From contig JBHLLF010000012.1 of the NCBI GenBank assembly GCA_048885865.1, positions 274 to 64,273 of the forward strand: a stretch of 64,000 nt of DNA, in the 5' to 3' direction. The position numbers were made by a program, and so were the translations under genes. The notes under the pieces were generated by a model that saw only the letters and a program-made list of their open reading frames with translations, was not told the origin of the DNA and ran no database searches. This DNA is from Candidatus Hermodarchaeota archaeon (GTDB taxonomy: Archaea; Asgardarchaeota; Thorarchaeia; Thorarchaeales; Thorarchaeaceae). This document shows, piece after piece, positions 39,274-49,434 of the stretch (the first letter of the stretch is position 1; each line of letters starts with the position of its first letter).

Positions 39274-39293
39274 ATTAGAACACGTGTTCTAAT
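39274..39293. repeat. Perfect 20-bp palindrome ATTAGAACACGTGTTCTAAT, motif copy 4
   Basis: Lies between the divergent deacetylase gene and tRNA-Pro. Confidence 0.88.
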
Positions 39294-39344
39294 ACACTTT
39301 GCAATAACGTTTATCTTGACATCGGTTTACGACAACGACTGCAA

Positions 39345-39453
39345 GGGTCGGTAGTCTAGCTTGGTATGATTCTTGCTTGGGGCGACTAAGGACCTAGGGC
39401 CTCAAGTCACAGAATGCAAGAGATCGGGCGTTCAAGTCGCCCCCGGCCCACCA
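39345..39453 (+). tRNA. tRNA-Pro(GGG) with canonical 32-nt intron at 37/38 (39383-39414)
   Basis: Acceptor GGGTCGG/CCGGCCC, CTTGC-TTGGGG[intron]T-GCAAG, T-arm, encoded CCA. Confidence 0.9.
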
Positions 39454-39456
39454 TTT

Positions 39457-40020
39457 TCACGAAGCCTGTACTTCCCATAGAGTTTCATAGATTGGTCCTG
39501 AGGAGGTCAGAGTGCTTTTCGTCATCCTGAAACAATCGACAGTCATAGTTCCTACTGACTCATTTGTCAGATGTTCGATGTTTTCCCTTATTTGGCTACG
39601 ATCACGTACAGCCCTGACCCGTGCAATTGTTGCATGAGCATGGAACTTCCTGTCACGTGAATAGCCTAAATTACCAAGCCGGTCATCAATTTCCAGTTTC
39701 AGATCTTTTACTCTTCCTGCATTGTCAGATACCCCCACCCATATGACTCTAGGGCGGCTGGCGCTTGGGAATGCGCCCACGCCATCAATCCGGATTGTAA
39801 AGGATTCATACCTGATATCTGAAAGCTCATCTCTAATTCTCTCAATATCCGTATTTGGTGTATCCCCAAGGAATCTCAATGTGAAGTGGATATTCTCTCT
39901 TTCCACCAGTTTCATTTTTGCTGACTGACTGTCTAGTAATGATTGAATGTGAGCAATTCTTGAGAGAAGCGCCTCATCATCGATGTCAATACTGAGAAAC
40001 ACCCGACTTACTGATGACAC
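39457..40020 (-). CDS. thpR: RNA 2',3'-cyclic phosphodiesterase (2H family)
   Basis: HFTL and HATI motifs, PRVIW. Confidence 0.9.
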   Translation of the reverse strand: MSSVSRVFLSIDIDDEALLSRIAHIQSLLDSQSAKMKLVERENIHFTLRFLGDTPNTDIERIRDELSDIRYESFTIRIDGVGAFPSASRPRVIWVGVSDNAGRVKDLKLEIDDRLGNLGYSRDRKFHAHATIARVRAVRDRSQIRENIEHLTNESVGTMTVDCFRMTKSTLTSSGPIYETLWEVQAS

Positions 40021-40124
40021 ATCGATTCACCTCGCTCTATCATTTCAGGAAACATAGTGTCATATTAGACTGACGACCGCAAGGGTAAAGTGGAGTACCA
40101 CTTCGCTTTCAAGGGACCCTGACC

Positions 40125-40664
40125 ATGAAGCTCGTAATACTAACTGGGATGCCTGGATCCGGTAAGAGCGAAGTTGCAGATGCATTTCATAATGCTGGTT
40201 TTCCGGTCATTGTCATGGGCGATGTCATTCGCAAAGAAGTGGAGCGTCGTGGAATGGATGTAACTCCCAAAAACAACAAGTTAGTCATGTTGGAGCTTCG
40301 CGATCGAGATGGTCCAGGTGCTGTGGCTAAACGCTGTTTGGAATCTCTGAACAACTCAGACTCCAAAGTAGTAGTGATAGAGGGATGCAGAAGTCTTGCC
40401 GAAGTTGATGTGTTCGATGACTATGCGAAAGAAGTATGCATAGTCTGTGTACATGCGTCCCCAAAAACGCGTTTTTCACGTCTGCAGAAGCGTGGCAGAA
40501 AGGATGACCCTCAGGACTGGGCAACGTTCAGAGAACGTGACCTCCGCGAAGTATCTGTTGGTCTAGGAGCAGTAATCGCACTTAGTGATATTGTAATAGT
40601 GAATGAAGGAACCTTAGAAGAGCTACGGAATGAATCTAACACTCTTGTTCAGAGGCTTACTTAG
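40125..40664 (+). CDS. UPF0200 nucleotide kinase (dephospho-CoA kinase-like)
   Basis: GMPGSGKS, MGDVIR and RGRKDDP motifs. Confidence 0.8.
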   Translation: MKLVILTGMPGSGKSEVADAFHNAGFPVIVMGDVIRKEVERRGMDVTPKNNKLVMLELRDRDGPGAVAKRCLESLNNSDSKVVVIEGCRSLAEVDVFDDYAKEVCIVCVHASPKTRFSRLQKRGRKDDPQDWATFRERDLREVSVGLGAVIALSDIVIVNEGTLEELRNESNTLVQRLT

Positions 40665-41084
40665 ATGGATGCTATTGTAAGATGCCCTGTTAATCCTACA
40701 GAGGATAAGGCCCGAGTCTGTTCTGCACTTACCAATCTCTTTGTTTCGGATAGCTCCTGCAAAGAAACCGAGTATGGCTACATGATGTTGAAATCAAATA
40801 GGAGAAGCTCGCTTGACCTTATGCAACAGCACATTCACGTGCTCCGGATTATTGATGCAGTACGGAAGAGAGTTTTGTCGAACTGGGATGGGACCAAGAC
40901 ATCTGTCTTCTTTGATAAGCAGGCTGCATATTACGGGAAGCTGAGGCTTGTTGATGAAACCGAAGAAGAGCCTCCCCTAGGATGCATAGAACTAGAGATT
41001 ATGTTTGAGGATGAGGATGCCTTTGATAAGTTCCTTGCATGGTTTGTGCCTCCTACTGAGGATGGAAAGATTGTTACCAGTTAG
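40665..41084 (+). CDS. UPF0201 putative RNA-binding protein
   Basis: VNPTED.ARV, KQAA..G and PLG motifs; usual neighbour of UPF0200. Confidence 0.75.
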   Translation: MDAIVRCPVNPTEDKARVCSALTNLFVSDSSCKETEYGYMMLKSNRRSSLDLMQQHIHVLRIIDAVRKRVLSNWDGTKTSVFFDKQAAYYGKLRLVDETEEEPPLGCIELEIMFEDEDAFDKFLAWFVPPTEDGKIVTS

Positions 41085-42112
41085 AACTGTGCTGTTGTGA
41101 CTTCGCGTGTGAGACCACTATGCACAGGTACAAGAACATGATATTTGACAGCAAATCCCAAGTCTTGCATCATTTCCTTGATTTCTAGTTCTTGGCTTCC
41201 ACAGATGCATAGGCGTCCTCCGTCTTTGAGAATCTCAGGTACTTGTTCTAAGAAGGTTAGGGCGAGTCTTCTCGCCTTTGCACCTCTGGTGGAACTGGTC
41301 CGACCATATGGGGGATCCGTAACTATACAGTCTACCTTCTTTACCTGTAAAGGCGGCCAACGCGAATCAGCTTGGATGACAGATGATTCTTCGTCCATTA
41401 AATCTGCAAGATTCTTCATCGCACCCATGATTAAACGCCAGTTAAGGTCCCATCCCAATACCCTTGCTCCTAGGATGGCTGCTTCGCATAAGATGCCCCC
41501 GCCCCCGCAAAATGGATCGATTACAGTCACTTCGGGTCTAACACCAGCAAGATTGCAGATCACTCTCGCCAACTGGGAATTCATCATTGATGGGTGGAAG
41601 AAGGGCTTCTTCCCTGGTTCCCTGAGTCTTAGCTCCTGCCTTAGCTTCGACTCTTTGGAAACGCAAACCAGCGTTCTATCGGGAACTATCATAACGAGTA
41701 TTCTTACATCCGGGTTGTCTAATGCTACTCTTGCATCGGTCAGATTGCCGATACGTGCACCCAATGACTCACTCAGTCTATTCCTGTGTTCTACATGTCT
41801 TTCTTCTACAAAAGACTTAGTCCTAATTGAGAATGTTTCTGTTGGTTTCACACATGACACTAGAATATCATCTGAAAGCCATTCTAGTGATGCATCTGAC
41901 AGTTGTCCCTGAGCAATTATGGCTCCCGCTTCTTTTACCATGGCAGCCCTTTCCAGCAGAAAATCAGTGAGGTCATAGGTTGACTCAATCTGAGCTAGAG
42001 GCCCAAGCCACGTAACCTTGGCATCAGCTCCTGCTAACTCAATCAACGAATCAATCTCAGCCTTAGCGAGGTTGAAATTCTCGCCCGATATGATCACAAA
42101 GAAGGTTCGCAA
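41081..42112 (-). CDS. tRNA m2G10 methyltransferase (THUMP + MTase, Trm11/TrmG10)
   Basis: KPFFHPS, DPFCGGG and TDPPYG motifs. Confidence 0.85.
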   Translation of the reverse strand: MRTFFVIISGENFNLAKAEIDSLIELAGADAKVTWLGPLAQIESTYDLTDFLLERAAMVKEAGAIIAQGQLSDASLEWLSDDILVSCVKPTETFSIRTKSFVEERHVEHRNRLSESLGARIGNLTDARVALDNPDVRILVMIVPDRTLVCVSKESKLRQELRLREPGKKPFFHPSMMNSQLARVICNLAGVRPEVTVIDPFCGGGGILCEAAILGARVLGWDLNWRLIMGAMKNLADLMDEESSVIQADSRWPPLQVKKVDCIVTDPPYGRTSSTRGAKARRLALTFLEQVPEILKDGGRLCICGSQELEIKEMMQDLGFAVKYHVLVPVHSGLTREVTTAQF

Positions 42113-42125
42113 TTTAAACCCCTGA

Positions 42126-42890
42126 TCAGACTACCAGATTGTCCCCGCCCAGGAATGCACGTTGGAGCTCTCCATATAGGATTTCAACTCCATCCATGAG
42201 CTTTGCAGATACAGGTACGACAGGACTGCCCCCGCCGATGTCATCAAGCATACGAAGAATTGCACTGGAGTATTCTCGAACAAGACCAGTGGAACTGTCT
42301 TCGAGAGCCTCTTCCAGCAGGTAGGTGTCAGATGACCATGATAGTATTTCATCTATTTGCTCCTCCATAAGGATATCAGGTTTGCTTAGAACGCCGATTT
42401 GAGGGAGACCAAAACGGATGCTTATCGAGATACCAAGAAGCATTGAAGAAAGATATCCAACTGGCGTGCGAGCAATATTCGAATCAAGCAGATAGAGCGA
42501 AACAGCTGGATCTTGACCCATAAGGCTTGATACCATCAGAGGTCCGGAGTTTCGATAGGCAAAAAGCTCCATTTGTCCGGGACAGTCAACCAAGACATAA
42601 TCGCGTTCAAGTTCGAATATCTCTTCTCGCATATCACCCACATGACCTATAGCCATGTCCAGGGATGCAACAAGAGCACCATTTGGACCCAAACCAAACT
42701 GCTGCATCACTTCGCCATAGTTCACATATTCACGGATATCGACATCACTTGTGTAAGGTGGATCATCTACTCCAGGATCAAGATTCACAACAGTGACGCT
42801 TGTTTCCGCCTCCACCAGCCATTTCTCAAGAGATGATGTAAGAAGCGATTTTCCTGATCCCGCAGTGCCAACTAAGAATGTGAAGAACAT
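42126..42890 (-). CDS. GPN-loop GTPase
   Basis: GTAGSGKS, NLDPG, LGPNG and DCPGQMELF motifs. Confidence 0.92.
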   Translation of the reverse strand: MFFTFLVGTAGSGKSLLTSSLEKWLVEAETSVTVVNLDPGVDDPPYTSDVDIREYVNYGEVMQQFGLGPNGALVASLDMAIGHVGDMREEIFELERDYVLVDCPGQMELFAYRNSGPLMVSSLMGQDPAVSLYLLDSNIARTPVGYLSSMLLGISISIRFGLPQIGVLSKPDILMEEQIDEILSWSSDTYLLEEALEDSSTGLVREYSSAILRMLDDIGGGSPVVPVSAKLMDGVEILYGELQRAFLGGDNLVV

Positions 42891-43008
42891 GACTTCAACC
42901 GAATTGCTTTGAGCAATGAGCTCTCTTTGAGTCCTTCGGTCGTATAGGTTAAGTGGCTACATATCACTTCGCAAATCTTTATCAGAAAAGCACCTTTGGA
43001 ATCATGGT

Positions 43009-43749
43009 ATGGAAGGAAGTGAGGCATTGCATAGGCTGGCCGAAGCCATGGCGGGAGAGATATGCCTCGCTGAGAATGATCCTGGAGCTGTGATGAAACG
43101 CTGGCGCGAGCGTTTTCAAATCTCTCAGAAACACTTGGCAAAACATCTAGGCGTATCGCCTTCTGTAATCAGCGATTATGAAAGCGGAAGAAGAAAATCA
43201 CCTCGGGTTGAAACCATAAGGCGATTTGTTGAAGGCTTAATCGAGATGGACGCTGTTAATGGTGGAAGAGTTGCAATGGCACTTGAGAAACTCATAGCTC
43301 CAGAAATAGCATCTGATGCCATACTTGACAGTAGGGAATTTGGGTTACCTGTACCAGCACGTCTGCTAGTCGACCGTCTTGAATGCAAAATTCTCACACA
43401 CAGTAATCTGCTAGATCGTGACATCTATGGTTACACAGCGCTAGACAGTGTAAAGGCCATTGTCAGTTTGACACCACAGCAGCTTCTTCGACTGTATGGA
43501 GGAACCACTCAAAGGGCGGCAATTCTCACGAACGTTACTACTGGACGTTCTCCCATGGTTGCAATAAAGGCGAGTCAGATTGGCACTTCTGCTGCAGTGA
43601 AGCCAGCTGTTGTAATATTACAAGGAGTTAAGGAGCTTGACCCACTTGCTGTCAAAATTGCAGACAGTATTCATCTACCTCTTTGCGTGTCAGACCTAGC
43701 TGCCGACGAATTGGTTCGAGAGTTAAGGTCATTCAACCCACAGATGTAG
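43009..43749 (+). CDS. Archaeal XRE-HTH transcriptional regulator (COG1709-like)
   Basis: SPSVISDYESGRRKSP and GRSPMVAIK motifs. Confidence 0.85.
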   Translation: MEGSEALHRLAEAMAGEICLAENDPGAVMKRWRERFQISQKHLAKHLGVSPSVISDYESGRRKSPRVETIRRFVEGLIEMDAVNGGRVAMALEKLIAPEIASDAILDSREFGLPVPARLLVDRLECKILTHSNLLDRDIYGYTALDSVKAIVSLTPQQLLRLYGGTTQRAAILTNVTTGRSPMVAIKASQIGTSAAVKPAVVILQGVKELDPLAVKIADSIHLPLCVSDLAADELVRELRSFNPQM

Positions 43750-43766
43750 ACCATTGAGGGACCCTT

Positions 43767-45062
43767 ATGGATTTCATTATGGAGCTGAACGATCCTATCC
43801 ATGGTTTCATCGGACTCACAGAACTTGAGTCCAAAGTTATTAACTCAAAGCCCTATCAACGACTGAGACGGATAAAGCAGCTCTCTGGTGGCCATTTCGT
43901 ATACCCAGCAGCTGAACATACACGTTTCGGACACTGCATTGGTGCAATGTATCTAGCTGGTCTGACAGGAAAAAGGCTACTCGGACCAATGGATCTTGGT
44001 GATAAGACCTTTCAAGAGGTACGTATTTCGGGCCTTTTACATGACATGGGTCATGGTCCATTCAGTCATGTGTTTGAAGAGTCGCTTCTTGAACGAAGGG
44101 GTTGGAACCACGAAGACGTGACCGAGTGGATCATCCGTGAAAGCGAGGTTGGAGACCTCCTTGAGGATGGTGGAATATCTAAGAACCGAATAGCCAACCT
44201 AGTTCGCGGAAGACGTGAAACCAAGACTGACTCAGTTGTTAGTTCCATCGTTGCAGGTCAAGTCGATGCTGATAAGATGGACTATCTGATTCGAGACTCA
44301 TTCTATTGCGGGGTCAATTATGGTCTTGTTGACATACATCGACTCATCAACAGTTTGGAAGTTTCTGATGATTTGATACTTGAATTCGACATTGCAGCCA
44401 GAGGCGCCCTGGAAGCATTCCTTGTTGCACGGTATGAGATGTTTCTCAATGTCTATTATCATAAAACAGTTCGCAGTGTTGAGGTAATGTTGGTCAAGCT
44501 CATGAATGCTGCAGACAGTGTTTTGGGATTGACAAGCTTCTCAACTCCTGAGGAGTTTCTGAAACTAGATGATATGTCACTGATATCAAGAATTAGAAAG
44601 ATTGACCCCACCGAGTCTGAGGATGCCAGAGAAGCCGTCACAATGGTAAACATGTTAGATTCGCGTATTCTGTACAAATCAGTATTCGAGAAGGTGCTGC
44701 ATACCGAAGATCGTTTTGTTTCCAAAATTCTTACGAAACGTAGAGTTAGAGAGAGCATTCAGGATGAGATTGCAGCATTAGCAGGTGTACCAGCCGATGA
44801 AGTAATCGTAGACGTACCTACTCTCCCATCAGTTCCCTATAATCCACATCAGCTCAATCCCATGGAGATACGAATCTTTGAGATGATTGATGGCAAGAAG
44901 GTGTCTCATAATCTCTCAGAATACTCAAACATTGCAGAGATGATGAAGGTGTATCTCGATGTTATTCGTGTGTATACATTTGACCACAATCGTAGAAAGG
45001 TCGGGAAAGCAGCCCGTGAAGTCTTTCAAGAAGTCCCAGACGCCGCATTAATTCACATGTGA
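43767..45062 (+). CDS. HD-domain dNTP triphosphohydrolase-like protein (COG1078/SAMHD1-like)
   Basis: DPIHG, QRLRRIKQL, HTRFGH, LHDMGHGPFSH and DADKMDYL.RD motifs. Confidence 0.9.
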   Translation: MDFIMELNDPIHGFIGLTELESKVINSKPYQRLRRIKQLSGGHFVYPAAEHTRFGHCIGAMYLAGLTGKRLLGPMDLGDKTFQEVRISGLLHDMGHGPFSHVFEESLLERRGWNHEDVTEWIIRESEVGDLLEDGGISKNRIANLVRGRRETKTDSVVSSIVAGQVDADKMDYLIRDSFYCGVNYGLVDIHRLINSLEVSDDLILEFDIAARGALEAFLVARYEMFLNVYYHKTVRSVEVMLVKLMNAADSVLGLTSFSTPEEFLKLDDMSLISRIRKIDPTESEDAREAVTMVNMLDSRILYKSVFEKVLHTEDRFVSKILTKRRVRESIQDEIAALAGVPADEVIVDVPTLPSVPYNPHQLNPMEIRIFEMIDGKKVSHNLSEYSNIAEMMKVYLDVIRVYTFDHNRRKVGKAAREVFQEVPDAALIHM

Positions 45063-45177
45063 TTATTGGCTAAGCTTAGCACAAACTCATACCACGAAGA
45101 ACATAGTCTGTGTGGTGATTATATAGTAACCTCCGAGATTCTACATTGGACCATCTTCTAGGTCCGGAGCTGAACGA

Positions 45178-46125
45178 TTGACTGACGAGCTAACCGAAAC
45201 GCTGCAAACCATAAAGATGATTGCCGGCGTTGAAAATGTAGTCCTAATTCAGAAGGATGGGCTTCCCGTTGCTAGTGCTGGGGTTTGGTTCAGCAAGGAA
45301 GAAGTATTCGCGGTCGCATCATCAACATGTGCAATCTATGGTGTTGCACGTCTTATCCATGGCGAATTCAAGTATCTTCTCATGGAGTCTGAAACCTCCA
45401 AAGTATTTCTTGCATCACTTCCCAATGATCCTGACTACTTCTTGACGGTTACAACAGCACCCAGAGTGAATCTTGCGGCGCTATTCATAGAGATGAAGGA
45501 CAGTTTGTCTCGTGTTTCATTCTTGCTGCGACAGCATGTGGATGGACGGCTCCCACCACTGCGCTCCTACAGTACCGATGAAACCCATCGCGTTCTTAGT
45601 GGATTCGCTGTGGCTGAAGGACAAGACACCTCCTATACCACATCACGGTCAATCATCTCACTTGACCGGTCTCAAGCTCTCACACTGAGAGCGCTACTAC
45701 GGCAAGTTCATGATAGCATTCCTGATATCGACTCGGTCTTTCTCTCTCTAAGTGGGGGCGTTCGTGTTTCTCTAGAGGGATTTACTAATGATAGACTTGC
45801 TGCAATGTCATTTGCACTACATGATGCATCAGAACGCGTGGTACGAACGCTCCGAAACAGCTCTCTTCAGACTGTTCTCTGCGAAGCGGGATCTACAAGA
45901 CACTTCATCTATGCGGTGCCAAACGGGGTGTTCAGTCTTTGGGTAAATCGTGGTGGTCAAAAACTTGGTCTCATGCGGCTTCTACTGAAGCACTACATAG
46001 AGGAAATCAAGCGAGTTCTCAGTACTGCCGAAGTAATGCGTCCTTCAGTTCCGGATGATCTAAGGGAGCTGCTTCTAGCTGGCGGCAATGACAATGGAGT
46101 AGTTTTAGCGAGGCGAGAGCCATGA
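45178..46125 (+). CDS. Tandem roadblock/LC7-domain protein
   Basis: Two repeats of helix-VVLI..DGL.V-helix-strands ending NLAAL and KLGLMR. Confidence 0.75.
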   Translation: MTDELTETLQTIKMIAGVENVVLIQKDGLPVASAGVWFSKEEVFAVASSTCAIYGVARLIHGEFKYLLMESETSKVFLASLPNDPDYFLTVTTAPRVNLAALFIEMKDSLSRVSFLLRQHVDGRLPPLRSYSTDETHRVLSGFAVAEGQDTSYTTSRSIISLDRSQALTLRALLRQVHDSIPDIDSVFLSLSGGVRVSLEGFTNDRLAAMSFALHDASERVVRTLRNSSLQTVLCEAGSTRHFIYAVPNGVFSLWVNRGGQKLGLMRLLLKHYIEEIKRVLSTAEVMRPSVPDDLRELLLAGGNDNGVVLARREP

Positions 46126-47042
46126 CTTATTCTATAATGCGAATGATTGAACTAATGGGGGACGATTTTCCGCTTCTGCTAAATTCCGTGATGAATCGCC
46201 TTCCTATCTTGGTAACTGGTCAAGATGTTGAATTGGTAGATGACATCACTGAAAGCCTTACCATGCTATGCCCTCACCATCATAAGCTTGTGTTTTGGCG
46301 TGATTTCACCTCAGAAAGCGAGCTTCTTGCAGTATGGGAGGAAGAAAAGCACAACTATGAAGTTAGTAGGACCATAGTCTGTGGGCTTTCGTCAAACCTA
46401 AGACTGGCTCTAGAACGAATAACCAGATTTCCTGGGTGGCTTCTTGCAATCCCCATAGGAGCCAGTGTATTAGGAATGCATGTGGATGAAGAGATGATGC
46501 AGACAGTGATTCATCGAGTATTACAGCATTCCAGCAATTGTGGAATCTTGAGAGTAAATTCTCCTTCATCGATGAACTTCTCCCTCATAGAGTCATGTAG
46601 CAGCAATTTGGAAGTGGAGAAGAAGATAGTAACTAAGATTCTGACCCGAAAACGTCAATCTCTTGAGAGAATCAGACGTCTTCTGAGAAAATCACTTCGT
46701 GGAGTCAATGTGTCAAGTGGCATCATAAATGCCGTTTTGAAGCTTGATGACGAATCTGAGAAACTAACACATGATGTGTTTGATGAAGAAATAAGCAACT
46801 ACGTGCATGCAGCCAGAAGAGCAGTTACTCTGCTATCAAGAATCCGCCTGGCCAGGGAACTTGGTGCATCCACTGCACTGACTGAGAGGAATCTGTACGA
46901 AGCAATTGGATGGGAAGGCGGTGATCTGTCTGATCTTATCCGATTCATCCGTGCAGAGTGGCACGAGGACTTTTCTGACTGCGTGAAGTCTGGTGCTTTA
47001 TCGGGCCTCGGTGCATGGGTTGACAGTATGTGGGGAACGTAA
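46122..47042 (+). CDS. Hypothetical protein, possible DENN/folliculin-like domain
   Basis: LLNSVMNRLPILVTGQDVELVDDITESLTMLCP resembles the cDENN core; start overlaps the roadblock stop (ATGA). Confidence 0.5.
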   Translation: MTYSIMRMIELMGDDFPLLLNSVMNRLPILVTGQDVELVDDITESLTMLCPHHHKLVFWRDFTSESELLAVWEEEKHNYEVSRTIVCGLSSNLRLALERITRFPGWLLAIPIGASVLGMHVDEEMMQTVIHRVLQHSSNCGILRVNSPSSMNFSLIESCSSNLEVEKKIVTKILTRKRQSLERIRRLLRKSLRGVNVSSGIINAVLKLDDESEKLTHDVFDEEISNYVHAARRAVTLLSRIRLARELGASTALTERNLYEAIGWEGGDLSDLIRFIRAEWHEDFSDCVKSGALSGLGAWVDSMWGT

Positions 47043-47057
47043 TCAGGGAGTGAAGGG

Positions 47058-47636
47058 ATGATTATAGACTATGGTACTCGTACGGTCGGTCTCAAGATAG
47101 TGTTCTTTGGTCCTGCAATGAGTGGTAAAACCACTGCCATAAGATGGCTTTTCTCGAGCCTTGATTATGCAGACAAACTGACATCCATTGAGAACACTGT
47201 TGGCAGGACCATGTTCTGCGATTTTGGCACAATTCCATTTGCATTGGGAGACAGCTGGAAAATCAACGCTCATATATGGTCAGCAACTGGTCAAGACTTC
47301 TATAGGTCAACTAGAGAAGTGGTCCTTGTAGGTGCAGATGGAGTCATTTTCATGGTTGACTCTCAGGAACACCTATTGCAGGAGAATCAGGCAAGTTGGA
47401 ACGAGCTGGTGGCATTGGTGGCGGAGGAGGAGCGACCACTGCCAATAGTTGTCTGCCTTAACAAACAAGACCTTCCCGGAGCAGTTCAAGAAGACGAAAT
47501 ACGGGTACACCTAAGACTTCCACGCTCAATCCCTGTGTTCAAAAGCATAGCCAAAGATGGCTTTAACATTCTGGAGGCATTTCAGCATCTCTTTCGAGAC
47601 GCCATGCGAGCAAGTGTTCTCACGAAGCCAATTTAG
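47058..47636 (+). CDS. MglA/Arf-like small GTPase
   Basis: G1 GPAMSGKTT, G2 RTMFCDF, G3 SATGQ, G4 NKQD, G5 SIA. Confidence 0.9.
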   Translation: MIIDYGTRTVGLKIVFFGPAMSGKTTAIRWLFSSLDYADKLTSIENTVGRTMFCDFGTIPFALGDSWKINAHIWSATGQDFYRSTREVVLVGADGVIFMVDSQEHLLQENQASWNELVALVAEEERPLPIVVCLNKQDLPGAVQEDEIRVHLRLPRSIPVFKSIAKDGFNILEAFQHLFRDAMRASVLTKPI

Positions 47637-47757
47637 TATGAATCAGAAGGGCGCAAAATCAACATCTGTAGCGAACGATTTATACGACCTCATGTAGCTG
47701 CGACGCACAGTCTTGGGCCGAAGAGTATGACGGATTCAAGAACATGAGGAATCATTC

Positions 47758-49434
47758 TTGAACACAAATCAAGATCAGACCCGCTTTGTTTTTGTTACAG
47801 GGGGCGTACTCTCCGGGATTGGAAAAGGTGTCACAACAGCGTCGATTGCAAAGCTTTTCCAATTTCGGGGATACAAAATCGGAATAATGAAAATAGACCC
47901 CTATCTGAACATTGATCCCGGAACATTGAACCCTGTTGAGCATGGCGAGGTGTTTGTGACAGATCAGCCATGGGCCTTTTGTCCTGCGGAAGGTTTTGAG
48001 TTCATAATCTCTGAGATTGATTTGGATTTTGGTACATATGAGCGCTTTACTGGGCTGGAAGTGCATCCCTCTCAAAACATCACATCAGGTCAGATCTACA
48101 TTTCAGTAATTCTAGGAGAACGAAAAGGGAGCTTCCTAGGCAGAACCGTTCAGATAATTCCTCATGTCACAGATAGGATAAAACATCGAATCTGGAAGGT
48201 GGTAGAAGAACAAAAACCCGATGTGCTGCTGGTGGAAATAGGAGGCACGGCAGGGGATATCGAGGCGATGCCATTTCTTGAGGCTGTTCGTCAGTTGATC
48301 AGTGAAGTAGGTCATGAAAGAGTTGCTCTTGTACATGTGACTCTTGTTCCCTACATGGGCTCTGTTGGAGAGTTCAAGACCAAACCAACCCAACATAGTG
48401 TCAGGACTCTTCAAGGTCTTGGTCTTCAGCCCGATGTCATAATTTGCCGAGCTGAAAGGGAGTTGCCTCCTTCGGCGGAAAGCAAGATTGCTCTCTTCTG
48501 CAACGTTCCTGAAAATAGGGTTATCTCCAATCCCGATATCCCGGTCATCTATAGGCTGCCACTGTCATTCGAGGATCAAGGTCTCGGAAGCATTCTAACC
48601 AATCATTTAGGTCTAGAAGACAATCCGCCTGACATTGAACAATGGCTTGAAATGGTGAAGAGGTTTGAATCTCCTACTGACAGTCTAATCATTGCAATGC
48701 CCGGGAAATATACGACACTCAGTGATTCCTACAAGAGTATCAATGAGGCGATTTACCATGCTGCTGCAGCTTGCGGTGCTCGAGTGACAATCAAGTGGAT
48801 TGAAACTGAAGAGCGTTGCGATGAGGCAAGCCTTCGTGAGGACTTGAAGGACGTAGATGGAGTGCTCTTGACACCAGGATTCGGTGAACGTGGTGTCGAA
48901 GGCATGATTTGTGCTGCTACACTGACCTTTGATCTTGAGATTCCACTATTAGGAATCTGTTATGGCGCTCAGCTTGGAACCGTAGCTTTTGCAAGGAAAA
49001 TGATGGACTGGAAGGGTGCACATACCACAGAAGTAGATGCGGACAGTCTCTATCCTGTCATAGACCTAATGGACGAGCAAAAGAACGTAGATGACAAAGG
49101 CGGGACAATGCGTCTGGGCGGTCATGAAGTATCGATTCTAGAGGGAACAAAGCTCCACAGTATTTATGGAAAGACAACCACTAAAGAGAGGTTCAGACAC
49201 AGATTCCATCTCATCGACAGGTATGTCAATAGAATGAAGGAACAAGGATTAATCGTTTCTGCGTATGATACCAGCGGTGAGATAATCAATGCTGTGGAAC
49301 TTGTCGATCATCCTTTCTGGATAGGTGTTCAATTCCATCCGGAGTTCAAGTCTCGTCCTGACTCTCCACACCCTCTCTACTTGGGCCTTATTAGAGCAGC
49401 TCTGGAATATAAGAAACAGAGAGGGAAAGCGTAG
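47758..49434 (+). CDS. pyrG: CTP synthase
   Basis: GGVLSGIGKG, KTKPTQ, GICYG and QFHPEF motifs. Confidence 0.97.
   Translation: MNTNQDQTRFVFVTGGVLSGIGKGVTTASIAKLFQFRGYKIGIMKIDPYLNIDPGTLNPVEHGEVFVTDQPWAFCPAEGFEFIISEIDLDFGTYERFTGLEVHPSQNITSGQIYISVILGERKGSFLGRTVQIIPHVTDRIKHRIWKVVEEQKPDVLLVEIGGTAGDIEAMPFLEAVRQLISEVGHERVALVHVTLVPYMGSVGEFKTKPTQHSVRTLQGLGLQPDVIICRAERELPPSAESKIALFCNVPENRVISNPDIPVIYRLPLSFEDQGLGSILTNHLGLEDNPPDIEQWLEMVKRFESPTDSLIIAMPGKYTTLSDSYKSINEAIYHAAAACGARVTIKWIETEERCDEASLREDLKDVDGVLLTPGFGERGVEGMICAATLTFDLEIPLLGICYGAQLGTVAFARKMMDWKGAHTTEVDADSLYPVIDLMDEQKNVDDKGGTMRLGGHEVSILEGTKLHSIYGKTTTKERFRHRFHLIDRYVNRMKEQGLIVSAYDTSGEIINAVELVDHPFWIGVQFHPEFKSRPDSPHPLYLGLIRAALEYKKQRGKA

Noticed and set aside
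41145-41912. 255-aa plus-strand ORF
   Set aside because: Entirely antisense to the Trm11-like gene with no motifs; shadow ORF
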